From assembly GCA_902385655.1 (NCBI GenBank), contig CABMGO010000003.1:112456-176455 (forward strand): 64,000 bases of DNA, given 5' to 3'. This document shows, piece after piece, positions 1 through 9,001 of this stretch (positions within the stretch are counted from its first letter, which is position 1; every line of letters starts with the position of its first letter). The position numbers and the translations under genes were made by a program. The stretch comes from an uncultured archaeon. Its GTDB lineage: Archaea > Nanobdellota > Nanobdellia > Pacearchaeales > GW2011-AR1. The notes beneath the pieces are model-generated. The model was not told the origin of the DNA and did no database searches. It saw only the letters and a program-made list of their open reading frames with translations.

Positions 1-5
1 TGAAA

Positions 6-1049
6 TTGATTAATCAGTTTTTAGAAAAGTTAACACATAAGAATTTATCGATTAGGAGAATTCAAGATTTAGAAATTTTAGATAAGTCTCTTCATGATTT
101 TGAGCATTCTTTTGGAAAGATTGGGGGGAATGCAAGATATACTCTTGAAAGCGTTATATTAAAAGCGGCTGCAAAAGAGGACAGAAAAGAGCTTTGGCAA
201 TTTGTTCATGATTCGATTGGTTCTGGACCAGTAAAAATGCCAATGCCCGTCGGAAATTGTATTGGAGGAGGATTGCATTCTGTAGGGATTAAAGGAAAAA
301 AACCTGACTTTCAAGAGTTCTTGTTAATCCCAAATGAAAAAAGATTTTCCACAGCAGTTACTAAAAATATTCATGCACAGAATTATGCAAAAAAGCTAGT
401 GAGAAGAAAAAATAAAGTTTTGTTTTTGAAAAGAAATGATGAAGGAGCTTGGAATACTGGAACAACAAATGAGGAAACTCTAGATATACTAAAAGAGGTT
501 GCAGACAAGTTTAATTTGAGAATTGGATTAGATGTTGCAAGTTCTAGTTTTTGTAATTCTCAAGGATATTATCCATACAAGAATAAAGAATTATTTAGAG
601 ACCGACTTGAACAAGTTGAATATATGAAGAATTTGATTGAGAAGTATAACCTTTTTTATGTTGAAGACCCTTTGAATGAAGAAGACTTTTCAGGATTTAA
701 GGAATTGCTTGCACAAGTTAGTGGGAAAAAAACATTAATTGCTGGAGACGATTTGACGACGACAAATTTGAAAAGAGTTGAGAGAGCTGTAAAAGCAAAT
801 TCAATAAATGCTGTAATTATCAAACCAAACCAAATTGGTTCTTTATTAGAAGTTATGAAAGTTGTTGATTTTTGTAAGAAAAATAAAATAAAAATGATTT
901 TTTCACATAGATCTGGAGAAACAATGGACAATGCGATTGCAGATTATGCAATTGGATTTGGTGCAGATTTTATAAAAACAGGAATTTATGGGCCAGAAAG
1001 GTTGGTTAAGTTGAGAAGGATTATGCAGATTGAAAAGGAGATTTTCTAG
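6..1049 (+). CDS. eno: Enolase, 5'-partial (reading frame open to the left window edge)
   Basis: Enolase barrel motifs IKPNQIGSL, SHRSGETMDNAIADYAIG, FIKTG, ERLVKLRRIMQIE. N-terminal domain is incomplete because the ORF runs off the window. Confidence 0.85.
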   Translation: MINQFLEKLTHKNLSIRRIQDLEILDKSLHDFEHSFGKIGGNARYTLESVILKAAAKEDRKELWQFVHDSIGSGPVKMPMPVGNCIGGGLHSVGIKGKKPDFQEFLLIPNEKRFSTAVTKNIHAQNYAKKLVRRKNKVLFLKRNDEGAWNTGTTNEETLDILKEVADKFNLRIGLDVASSSFCNSQGYYPYKNKELFRDRLEQVEYMKNLIEKYNLFYVEDPLNEEDFSGFKELLAQVSGKKTLIAGDDLTTTNLKRVERAVKANSINAVIIKPNQIGSLLEVMKVVDFCKKNKIKMIFSHRSGETMDNAIADYAIGFGADFIKTGIYGPERLVKLRRIMQIEKEIF

Positions 1050-1056
1050 AGAGAAG

Positions 1057-1566
1057 ATGAAATCTAAACCCTACAAATTTGTTATAAAATGGCAGGGAAA
1101 ATTTTATGATTGTGAATGGTTTGAAAAGTATAATTTTGAGGACTATTCTCAAATAAAAAATGTTCATGGATTTGTTTTTGATGATAAAGGTAGAGTATGC
1201 ATAGTTAGAGTCGTTAAAAAAGATCATTGGAGCGATTTAGGTGGAGGAGTAGAAAAAGAAGATAAAACTTTTGAAGATACATTTATTCGAGAAGTAAATG
1301 AAGAAGCAGATTTGGACTTAAAAGATCTTAAAAGATTGGCACTAATTAAGGTTACCCCCAGACATGATAAGAAAAATATTTTTTATGCATTGAGGTTTGT
1401 TGCTAGAGTAAAGAAAATAAAGCCTCAAACAATTGATCCGGCGGAAGGAACTATCAATGAAAGAAAATTTATTAATCCGAAAGAATTTAACAAGTATTGT
1501 AATTGGGGCGAAAATGGAGATTATCAAATTAAAAGAGCATTGGTGAAATTGAGAGAAAAGAAATGA
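1057..1566 (+). CDS. NUDIX hydrolase
   Basis: Nudix box GGGVEKEDKTFEDTFIREVNEEADL (GX5EX7REUXEEXGU). I chose the ATG at 1057, just after the eno stop, over the TTG at 1030. Confidence 0.8.
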   Translation: MKSKPYKFVIKWQGKFYDCEWFEKYNFEDYSQIKNVHGFVFDDKGRVCIVRVVKKDHWSDLGGGVEKEDKTFEDTFIREVNEEADLDLKDLKRLALIKVTPRHDKKNIFYALRFVARVKKIKPQTIDPAEGTINERKFINPKEFNKYCNWGENGDYQIKRALVKLREKK

Positions 1567-2009
1567 TAATTCGAAAAGCAACTAAAAAAGATTTGAAAAA
1601 TATAGCTGAACTATTTTTAGAATATGGAAAGTATGAAAATTCTTTGAATAAAGAAGTTGAAGCTGGAAGTTTGAAACAGATAATAAAAGAAGAAAAAGAG
1701 CATATGGGACTTGGAACAGAATATTTTGTTGTTGAGGAAAATAAGAAAGTTTTAGGAGTTTTGAATATAAATGTAGACAGACGAGGAAAAGAAAAAGTGG
1801 GAGTTTTACATACATTAATTATAAAAAAAGAAGCAAGAAATAAAGGATATGGAAAACAGCTTGTGGATTATGCTCTGATTTATTTTAAGAAAAAGAATTG
1901 TAAAAGAGCAAGAACATTTATTCATATCTCTAACAAAAATGCTCTTGGTTTCTGGAAAAAACAAGGTTTTCACACGGAAGAAGGTTATGCTGCCAGTAGA
2001 AAACTCTAA
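1563..2009 (+). CDS. GNAT family N-acetyltransferase
   Basis: Acetyl-CoA motif A-like IKKEARNKGYGKQLVDYAL and C-terminal NALGFWKKQGF. ATGA overlap with the upstream gene. Confidence 0.75.
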   Translation: MIIRKATKKDLKNIAELFLEYGKYENSLNKEVEAGSLKQIIKEEKEHMGLGTEYFVVEENKKVLGVLNINVDRRGKEKVGVLHTLIIKKEARNKGYGKQLVDYALIYFKKKNCKRARTFIHISNKNALGFWKKQGFHTEEGYAASRKL

Positions 2010-2041
2010 AACCTTAAATATCCTAAAATTTTCTAGTTAAA

Positions 2042-2812
2042 ATGAAAGGCATATATTCACATTCTAAGATTAGCACATTTGAACAGTGTCCTTACAAGTA
2101 TAAGTTGCAGTATATTGATAAAATTAAACCAGATTTGAAGAATACTATTGAGGCTTTCATGGGAGGAATTGTTCATGAGACATTCGAAAAATTTTACAAG
2201 GATAAAAATTTGGGGTTGAGTCCGACTAGAGAAGAATTATTGAAATTTTTTGAAGAGAGTTGGGTAAAACAATTTACAAAAGACATTCATTTTGCAAAAG
2301 AGTATATGACCGAAGAGAACTATAAAGCAATTGGGAAAAGATTTGTTGTTGATTATTATGAAAGATTCAAGAATCAAAAAATAAAAGTTGTTGCACTTGA
2401 AACTGAAGAAACTATGGCTTTGCCCGACGGAAATGAGTGGCATGTTAGAATTGATAAATTGTGCGCAGATAGCAAAGGAAACTATTATGTTTGTGACTAT
2501 AAAACTAGCTCGAGAAAGAAAAGTCAGGAAGAGGCAGATAAAGACAGACAATTAGGGATGTATTCCATTTGGGTAAAAGACAAATACAAAGACGCAAAAT
2601 CGGTAAAATTGGTTTGGCATATGCTTGCTTTTAACGAAGATGTTTTTTCTGAAAGAACTGATGAACAAATTGATGCGCACAGAAAAGAAGTAGTTGAAGT
2701 AATTAAACAAATAGACAAGGCAACTCAAGAAAATAATTTTCCTGCGAATCCCAGTGCGTTGTGCAATTATTGTTTATTTCAGAATATTTGTCCTAGTTTT
2801 CAGGGAAATTAA
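2042..2812 (+). CDS. PD-(D/E)XK nuclease, Cas4/AddB-like with Cys cluster
   Basis: N-terminal CPYKY cysteine plus C-terminal CNYCLFQNICP (Cas4-type 4-Cys arrangement). Core D...DYKTS (D-x-K) motif. No CRISPR array or cas genes nearby. Confidence 0.7.
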   Translation: MKGIYSHSKISTFEQCPYKYKLQYIDKIKPDLKNTIEAFMGGIVHETFEKFYKDKNLGLSPTREELLKFFEESWVKQFTKDIHFAKEYMTEENYKAIGKRFVVDYYERFKNQKIKVVALETEETMALPDGNEWHVRIDKLCADSKGNYYVCDYKTSSRKKSQEEADKDRQLGMYSIWVKDKYKDAKSVKLVWHMLAFNEDVFSERTDEQIDAHRKEVVEVIKQIDKATQENNFPANPSALCNYCLFQNICPSFQGN

Positions 2813-2818
2813 GAAGGT

Positions 2819-3835
2819 TTAATATTTATCTAAGTCTACTAATTGACCAATCTGTTTCCAGTAATTTAGACGTGCCGGACATGAAAATTCAGGATTACTG
2901 CCTCTTTCTCTTAATCTTCTAAGGCCTTCTGAGATTGAGATGTCTCGAATATTTCCAACAGTGTGTAATTGTCCTGGGCAGTCAGAAATGTCTCCTGAAA
3001 TTGTAAGATATAAACTGGATTTTCCACATTGAGTACAAGGAACTCCTCCTAAATAAGGCAGAAGTCGATTATAATTTATTCCGTAGATTTCTCGATCTAT
3101 TTTTTGAATTTCTCTCCCGATCTTGAGAAACTCTTCCATTGAAACTTCTTTGTCTGTCTTATCTTTTGTTCTTCCGGCAGGTATAAAAGTCGACATTAAA
3201 GGCATGATGTTATTATTTCTGCAGTATCTAAAGATATCATAGATTTCGTTCTTATTCTCTTGAAAAACAATAGAATTAATTCCAAGTCTAGTTTGATAAT
3301 CCGTACTAGGCTTATTAAATCTAGATTCAATTAATAGCCTTAAACCGTAATCTCTTCTATCAGCAAACCAATTACGTCTAACTAACCTATTTTGAAGATC
3401 ATTATTTAAGCTATTCATTTTTATGATTATGGAAGACCCAGTTCTATCAAAAGTTTCAATTAATTCTGTAGTAATTCTACTCCCATTTGTTGCAATTACT
3501 GGAGTTATGTTAAATGATGAAATGTATTTTAAAAGATCTCCCATGGCAGGATCTAAGAGAGGTTCGCCAGCGCCAATAATATTAATTGTTTTTACTCCAA
3601 GCTCTGCTAATTCTTCTATTGAATGAAACAGCTGGCTTCTGGATATTTCTTTATCAAACCTCTTTTTTTCATCTGAAGAAGATCCTCCCCTAAAACAATA
3701 TTCGCAGTCTAGATTGCATAAGTTTGTGTTCTCTATTTGAGCAGTCAATAACCCTAATGAATTATGGTAGTCACTAGGTTTAAAGTCCCATCCCTTCAAT
3801 AAAGGCACATTACCGAAACTATTTGTATTTCCCAT
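2819..3835 (-). CDS. Radical SAM protein with extra C-terminal Cys motifs
   Basis: CNLDCEYCF (CX3CX2C), GAGEPLLDP and ATNGS motifs. C-terminal CTQCGK...DCPGQ suggests an auxiliary cluster. Confidence 0.75.
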   Translation of the reverse strand: MGNTNSFGNVPLLKGWDFKPSDYHNSLGLLTAQIENTNLCNLDCEYCFRGGSSSDEKKRFDKEISRSQLFHSIEELAELGVKTINIIGAGEPLLDPAMGDLLKYISSFNITPVIATNGSRITTELIETFDRTGSSIIIKMNSLNNDLQNRLVRRNWFADRRDYGLRLLIESRFNKPSTDYQTRLGINSIVFQENKNEIYDIFRYCRNNNIMPLMSTFIPAGRTKDKTDKEVSMEEFLKIGREIQKIDREIYGINYNRLLPYLGGVPCTQCGKSSLYLTISGDISDCPGQLHTVGNIRDISISEGLRRLRERGSNPEFSCPARLNYWKQIGQLVDLDKY

Positions 3836-3895
3836 GATCTTTGAAGTTGCTATTTTAGAATGATGTCACTATTTAGCTCTTATCTGAATACTTTC

Positions 3896-3939
3896 TTACA
3901 TAAATAACAATATTTAAATACTAAATGTTATTTATGTAA
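3896..3939. promoter_or_regulatory. Perfect 14-bp inverted repeat flanking a TATA-like box; candidate Lrp operator/promoter
   Basis: TTACATAAATAACA (3896-3909), 16-nt spacer ATATTTAAATACTAAA, TGTTATTTATGTAA (3926-3939). It ends 4 nt before the Lrp ATG at 3943. Confidence 0.6.
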
Positions 3940-3942
3940 AAT

Positions 3943-4917
3943 ATGATGGATAGTATAGATCGAAAAATTATTTATGAACTTGACTTAAATGCAAGAATTT
4001 CCACAGCAAAATTGGCAAGAAAGATGCATGTCTCTAGAGAAAAAGTAAATTATAGAATAAACAATCTCTTAGAGAAAGGAGTAATAAGAAAATTTGTGAC
4101 AATGATAAACCCTGCCAAGTTAGGTTATTCTATTTATAAAATGTTTTTTAAGTTTCAAAATCTCAATAAGAAAAAAGAAGAAGAAATGATTAATTATCTA
4201 ATGAAAAGTGATTACGTCTATTGGATAGCAAATGCTCAGGGCAGATGGGATCTTAATATAACTGTTTTTGCCAAAGACATAAATCATTTTGATTCTATCC
4301 TGTCTGAGTTTATTTCTAAATATGGAAAATTTATTCTCGAGCAAGAGTTTAACACAACTCTTCAAGTAGAAATACTAAGTAAAAATTGGGTGCTTTTAGA
4401 TAATGTTACAGAAAGAAAAATTGCAATTTTTGGGGGAGAAACATCTGATCTTAAAATAGACAAAATAGATGTAGAAATATTAAGAGTTCTTGCGAATAAT
4501 GCCAGAATGAATGCTGTTGACATTGCCTTAAAAACAAAGACTACTGAGAGACAGGTTATTTATCGTATGAGACAACTGGAAAAAATAGGGGTTATACTTG
4601 GATATACTACTTCTTTGAATCTTGACTTGCTAGACATGCAGTTTTTTAAGGCCACAATCAATTTAAACAATTTAAATTTAGAAGAAAGAAACAAGGTAAT
4701 GAATTATTGTAAATCTAATCCAAACATAGGTTTTTTAATATTCTGTGTTGGCAGCTGGCCATTAGAGCTAGAGATGATTGTAAGAGATAACAAGCAATTC
4801 TATGATCTTATGGCAGATTTCAGAGAAAAGTTTCCAGAAGTAAAAGGATATGATACTATAATTTTTCCGACAGAATATAAATTTGACTGGATGCCTCTTT
4901 GCTACAAGGCTGAGTAA
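3943..4917 (+). CDS. Lrp/AsnC-family transcriptional regulator, tandem (two HTH + ligand-domain modules)
   Basis: Two repeats of the Lrp HTH pattern: DRKIIYELDLNARISTAKLARKMHVSREKVNYRINNLLEKGVI and DVEILRVLANNARMNAVDIALKTKTTERQVIYRMRQLEKIGVI. Confidence 0.8.
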   Translation: MMDSIDRKIIYELDLNARISTAKLARKMHVSREKVNYRINNLLEKGVIRKFVTMINPAKLGYSIYKMFFKFQNLNKKKEEEMINYLMKSDYVYWIANAQGRWDLNITVFAKDINHFDSILSEFISKYGKFILEQEFNTTLQVEILSKNWVLLDNVTERKIAIFGGETSDLKIDKIDVEILRVLANNARMNAVDIALKTKTTERQVIYRMRQLEKIGVILGYTTSLNLDLLDMQFFKATINLNNLNLEERNKVMNYCKSNPNIGFLIFCVGSWPLELEMIVRDNKQFYDLMADFREKFPEVKGYDTIIFPTEYKFDWMPLCYKAE

Positions 4918-5036
4918 GTTCACCTCAATAACATTTAAAAAGCCTCAAAATATCCTTAGATTAATGCGAAAGCAGAAGATTAGTACGTACCGACTGAAAC
5001 AAATTCGGACAAACCCGTACACTTATTATACACAAA

Positions 5037-5900
5037 ATGCCAGTCAAAAAGAAAAGAAACATTGTTGAAGAGAAAGAAGTTGAAGTAGTTGAAGACAGCG
5101 CAGAGTCTCAGGCAGAAACTGCTAAAGCAATGAAAGAAACTGCTTCTTCGGGAAAAGATCAGACTTCTTTGACAGATATTGAAGATTATATCAAAACATC
5201 CTCCTATTTAGGAACAAAGGTTATTACTCCTGGAATGAGAAAATATGTTTATAGAAGAAGAATGGATGGTCTTGCAATTCTTAACACATTGATTGTTGAT
5301 AAGAAACTTGCTGATGCTATCAACTTCATAAAACAGTATGATCCAAAAGACTGGGTTTTAGTTTGTAAGAGAGAAGCTGGATGGAGAGCTGTAAAAATGT
5401 TCTCTGAATTAACTGGCGTAAGAATCTTCACAAAGAAATATCCTGCAGGAATTATTACAAATACACAATTACCAGACTTTTTTGAAACAAAGATGATCAT
5501 GATTTGCGATCCTTGGCTTGATAAAAATGCATTGAACGACGCTAAGAATGTAAGAATCCCGGTTGTTGGAATCTGTAACACAAACAATAATACTTTTGAT
5601 ATCGATGTTTTAATTATCGGAAATAATCACAGTAACAAGTCATTAGGCTTATTCTTCTGGTTATTATCTAGAGAATACATGAAAGCTCATGGAATTAATA
5701 AGAAACTTCCATCACTTGAAGATTTCGTTGGTGAGAAATTAGTTTTAGAAGAACCAAAGAAAAAGAGAAAGGAAAAAGTTGCTGAAGAAAAATTGAAAGA
5801 AGCTGAAATCTCTATTGAAGAAAGATTCAAGAAACTTGCTGAACAAGAGGCTGAAGGAAGTTCTACAAAGGTTGGCGAAGGCGCTAAAGAAGGCGTTTAA
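5037..5900 (+). CDS. rps2: 30S ribosomal protein S2 (uS2) with acidic N-terminal and K/E-rich C-terminal extensions
   Basis: Archaeal uS2 core YLGTKVITPGMRKYVYRRRMDGLAILN...ICDPWLDKNALNDA...IPVVGICNTNN. Confidence 0.9.
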   Translation: MPVKKKRNIVEEKEVEVVEDSAESQAETAKAMKETASSGKDQTSLTDIEDYIKTSSYLGTKVITPGMRKYVYRRRMDGLAILNTLIVDKKLADAINFIKQYDPKDWVLVCKREAGWRAVKMFSELTGVRIFTKKYPAGIITNTQLPDFFETKMIMICDPWLDKNALNDAKNVRIPVVGICNTNNNTFDIDVLIIGNNHSNKSLGLFFWLLSREYMKAHGINKKLPSLEDFVGEKLVLEEPKKKRKEKVAEEKLKEAEISIEERFKKLAEQEAEGSSTKVGEGAKEGV

Positions 5901-5944
5901 TTCTAGAATATAAATTCTTATAAGCAGTTAATTTATTGGTTTTT

Positions 5945-7147
5945 ATGGCAAATATGGAAATTCAATTGGAAAATATGCCTATGGCTGACAAGAAGCTTGC
6001 TGACAAACCTATTGCTTTACCAGATCATCCGATTGTTTCTTCTCTTAAGGATTTTGGCTTCGATGAATTGTTGGCAGCGGGAATTGATGTTATTGGAACG
6101 GGAATTGCAGCACATTTGATAAAAGGGAGTGCGAGGATGGCAGTTTTGCCTTTTGTTGGACCAGTTTTAGAAAAAGGAATGTTTTTAGCAAGACATGCCT
6201 GGGATGCACAGAAAATTTACAAGACAACTCCAGAGCATTTGAGACAAACAAGAAGATTTTATTTTAAAGAAGGATTGAAGCATGGTGCTGCTAATCTTAC
6301 AAAAGATGTTTTAATACATGATCCAATTTATTCTTTAGGAGTTCTTGGAGGGTTATACTTTTTTCCAGAAGTTCCTCCAGTGATGTTGTCTTCTCTGAGC
6401 TATATAATCGGAGTTGCATCAGTCGTTGGAATAGATTATTACAGAGGTGAAAGGAAATTTAAAAAATTTAAGCAAGATTTGGAAGGTAGGGGATTTTCTG
6501 AGGACACATTTTGGGAATCTAGATTTATGATAAGAGGAGACAATCCTCCTACGAAAGTTTTGGAGCAAATTGCAGGAGAGTTTGGCTTAAATCCGCGAGG
6601 AGCTTCTTTGTTCGAAGATGTTTATGTTCAAAATACTTTGGGAAATTTTAATGGAAGATCTGGAAAATTAAGAATGAGATCTCGAGAAAGAAGAGAACAT
6701 GAGAAAGAAGGCGATTTAAAGTGGGGTTCAGATCCAGACAGAATAAATACTTTGCAAATAGTTTATTCGAGGGCTCGCGGGAACTCTAGGACAGGACAAG
6801 AACAATTTAACTATTTCCCAATACAAAAAACAAAAATGTGTTTCTTTTTGGACAAGCCTGTTTCAAGTTTGGATGAGCTTGGAGACAGTCCTGCAAGAGA
6901 AATTTTAGAAAAGTATTCTGCACCAGATCCTCATTATCAAAGAGTAAGATTCACTCGAGATTTATGTGATTCTCCAGAACTTGCAGTATGTGCAGATAGT
7001 GTTAGAACTAAAAAACCATATTACTTTATCGAGCTGAAAGTTTTCAAAGATATGAATTTAATGCAACAGGCAATGAGATATGTGATGCTTGAATGTCCTG
7101 TCGTCGCATTGCAAACTACTCATGGAAAAGGAGATTTATTTGTATAA
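5945..7147 (+). CDS. Membrane-associated protein with CYTH-like C-terminal domain (tentative)
   Basis: Hydrophobic N-terminal half. C-terminal half shows a CYTH-like strand pattern (ESRFMIRG, KLRMRSR, RVRFTRD, YYFIELKV), but the EXEXK motif is degenerate. ATG at 5945 preferred over TTG at 5936. Confidence 0.4.
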   Translation: MANMEIQLENMPMADKKLADKPIALPDHPIVSSLKDFGFDELLAAGIDVIGTGIAAHLIKGSARMAVLPFVGPVLEKGMFLARHAWDAQKIYKTTPEHLRQTRRFYFKEGLKHGAANLTKDVLIHDPIYSLGVLGGLYFFPEVPPVMLSSLSYIIGVASVVGIDYYRGERKFKKFKQDLEGRGFSEDTFWESRFMIRGDNPPTKVLEQIAGEFGLNPRGASLFEDVYVQNTLGNFNGRSGKLRMRSRERREHEKEGDLKWGSDPDRINTLQIVYSRARGNSRTGQEQFNYFPIQKTKMCFFLDKPVSSLDELGDSPAREILEKYSAPDPHYQRVRFTRDLCDSPELAVCADSVRTKKPYYFIELKVFKDMNLMQQAMRYVMLECPVVALQTTHGKGDLFV

Positions 7148-7155
7148 TTATTAAT

Positions 7156-7440
7156 ATGAAACTTTATAGAATTCTAAAGCATGGAGAATTTATTCGAAGT
7201 CAAACTCCGGGAGAATATGCAGGTTGGGGACCTGGAAAAATTTTTGGAAGATTAGATTGTAAATCTGGAATGAGGATGAAAAAAGAAAACAGGGTCTTCT
7301 TTCATAGACTTGAAGATGCAATTACAGAAGGATATCGACCTTGCCAAAAATGCCGACCAATTGACGAGAAAGATTTTGAAGAAATAAAACATCTTGTTCC
7401 ACAATGTGAATCACTAGATGATTTCTACAAAATGCACTAG
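7156..7440 (+). CDS. Ada-like zinc-binding domain protein (stand-alone)
   Basis: RLDCKSGMRMKKENRVFFHRLEDAITEGYRPCQKCRP matches the Ada N-terminal metal-binding pattern. The upstream part of track ORF 7093 overlaps the previous gene. Confidence 0.6.
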   Translation: MKLYRILKHGEFIRSQTPGEYAGWGPGKIFGRLDCKSGMRMKKENRVFFHRLEDAITEGYRPCQKCRPIDEKDFEEIKHLVPQCESLDDFYKMH

Positions 7441-7471
7441 CAGAAAAATATTTTAAGTTTGAAAGAGTTGT

Positions 7472-7954
7472 ATGTTTATGCCAAAAATAATAGATTTTTC
7501 AACACTTAATGAAATGGAAAGTCCAGAAGAAAAACATAGACAGCTTCTTGGGAATATAAAGGGCCAGCTACTAACACTAGAAAGAAAATTAGATTTCTAT
7601 TCGAGGGCGAGATTTGAGAATTATTTTTATAGGGCATACTACAATTCAAATGAAGTTTATCAAGTTCAAAGGTTTACTGGAGATATCGTTAAAACATTAA
7701 GATCTCTTTCTCCAAATAAAGAGAAAAGATTAGACAGTATGTTTGAAAGACTGATTATAGAAGGTACTGGAAAGGAATTTGAGTTAGAGCATAATCAAAG
7801 ATGGTTTGAGGAAGCTTTTCCGATGATAAACGCTTTTATGCACTCGAGATATTTTCTGGAACTTGCTGTTAAGTATGGAAAAGAGTTAGAAAAAGCCCCT
7901 GCAAGAATCCCGTCGGGATGGGCGGCATTGCTTTGTCTTTATAGATTGAGATAA
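7472..7954 (+). CDS. Hypothetical protein
   Basis: Clean 160-aa ORF in a co-directional gene string. No motif recognised. Confidence 0.5.
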   Translation: MFMPKIIDFSTLNEMESPEEKHRQLLGNIKGQLLTLERKLDFYSRARFENYFYRAYYNSNEVYQVQRFTGDIVKTLRSLSPNKEKRLDSMFERLIIEGTGKEFELEHNQRWFEEAFPMINAFMHSRYFLELAVKYGKELEKAPARIPSGWAALLCLYRLR

Positions 7955-8050
7955 CAAATATAAAAACATTTATACAGCAATGAGCAAGTCATTCCAATAT
8001 AAAACTTTAATAGGAAGTTTTATAAAGCAACATTTCGCACTAATATTACC

Positions 8051-8084
8051 GATGATCAGTTCATCTGAGAGGGCTTAACTTCTC
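8051..8084 (+). promoter_or_regulatory. Two adjacent hairpins in the predicted 5' leader of rpl7ae
   Basis: GATGA-tcagt-TCATC (8051-8065) and GAGAGG-gcttaa-CTTCTC (8067-8084), flanked by UGAU/CUGA-like boxes. TTTATAAA-like box about 25 nt upstream. Confidence 0.35.
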
Positions 8085-8116
8085 TGTACTGATTATAACT
8101 AAAATTTATTGAAAAC

Positions 8117-8413
8117 ATGGTAACAGCATACGATATTGTAGAGAAAGCAGCTAAAACTGGAAAAGTTGACAAAGGTATTAACGAAGTTACAAAGGCAGTC
8201 GAAAGAGGAACTGCAAAGCTTGTAGTCGTTGCATCTGATGTTAGTCCAAAAGAATTGACACAACATTTGCCTATTCTTGCAAAAGAAAAAGGTATAAAAT
8301 TTGTTGAAGTTGATTCCAAACAAAAGTTAGGACTTGCAGTAGGCATTTCTGTTTCGACAGGAGCCGTTGCAGTAATAACACCAGGCGAAGCAAAGCTTGA
8401 ACAATTAAAATAA
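8117..8413 (+). CDS. rpl7ae: 50S ribosomal protein L7Ae (K-turn binding)
   Basis: GKVDKGINEVTKAVERGTAKLVVVASDVSPKELTQHLPILAKEKGIKFVEVDSKQKLG. Confidence 0.9.
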   Translation: MVTAYDIVEKAAKTGKVDKGINEVTKAVERGTAKLVVVASDVSPKELTQHLPILAKEKGIKFVEVDSKQKLGLAVGISVSTGAVAVITPGEAKLEQLK

Positions 8414-8451
8414 TTCGCTCGTTATTTGACGGAGAATATTAGACATACAAA

Positions 8452-8748
8452 ATGGCAAGTGATAAACCAAAACAAGAAAAGCAAAGTAGCGCTTCTAAAG
8501 GATCTGACAAGATCATGGAGGAAGGAGGAGCTGTGCCAGGAGTTGTAGAAGATGTTGTTGGAAGAACAGGAACAAGAGGAGAATTGACACAGGTTAAAGT
8601 TAGAGTTCTAAAAGGAAGAAATGCAGGAAAACAAATCAGAAGAAATGTTAGAGGACCTATAAAAGTTAGAGATGTTTTAATGATGAGAGAAACTGAAATT
8701 GAAGCAAGAAAATTAATGAAAAGAATAAGTAAGGGGGCTTTTAGTTAA
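8452..8748 (+). CDS. rps28e: 30S ribosomal protein S28e with N-terminal extension
   Basis: VVGRTGTRGELTQVKVRVLKGRNAGKQIRRNVRGPIKVRDVLMMRETEIEARKL. Start could instead be the internal Met at 8515. Confidence 0.9.
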   Translation: MASDKPKQEKQSSASKGSDKIMEEGGAVPGVVEDVVGRTGTRGELTQVKVRVLKGRNAGKQIRRNVRGPIKVRDVLMMRETEIEARKLMKRISKGAFS

Positions 8749-8749
8749 A

Positions 8750-8953
8750 ATGCCAAGATGTTCATTCTGTAAAACAAATTATGATTTCCCTAGAGGAATC
8801 ACCGTTGTTCAAAAAGATGGAACTCCAAAGACTTTCTGTTCAAAGAAATGTAGAAGAAGTTCTGAGATGGGAAGAGATAATAAGAAAGTCAAATGGGTTG
8901 TAAAGAATCCTGAAGCTCAACAGGCTGAAACACTTGTTAAAAAAGAGGAATAA
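8750..8953 (+). CDS. rpl24e: 50S ribosomal protein L24e
   Basis: MPRCSFCKTNYDFPRGITVVQKDGTPKTFCSKKCRR zinc-ribbon pattern, within the canonical L7Ae-S28e-L24e order. Confidence 0.9.
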   Translation: MPRCSFCKTNYDFPRGITVVQKDGTPKTFCSKKCRRSSEMGRDNKKVKWVVKNPEAQQAETLVKKEE

Positions 8954-9001
8954 TTTTTTAGTCTTAATAAGTTTTAAAAATTAATAGTACATATTATTTT
9001 G

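Noticed and set aside
4883-5068. 61-aa ORF bridging the Lrp gene end and the rps2 start
   Set aside because: It overlaps both flanking genes and the TATA-like box and leader of rps2 (catttaaaaag at about 4933). It has no coding signature.
7093-7155. N-terminal 21 codons of track ORF 7093..7440
   Set aside because: This part overlaps the end of 5945..7147 and has no similarity to the Ada-like domain. The ATG at 7156, just after the upstream stop, is the more plausible start.
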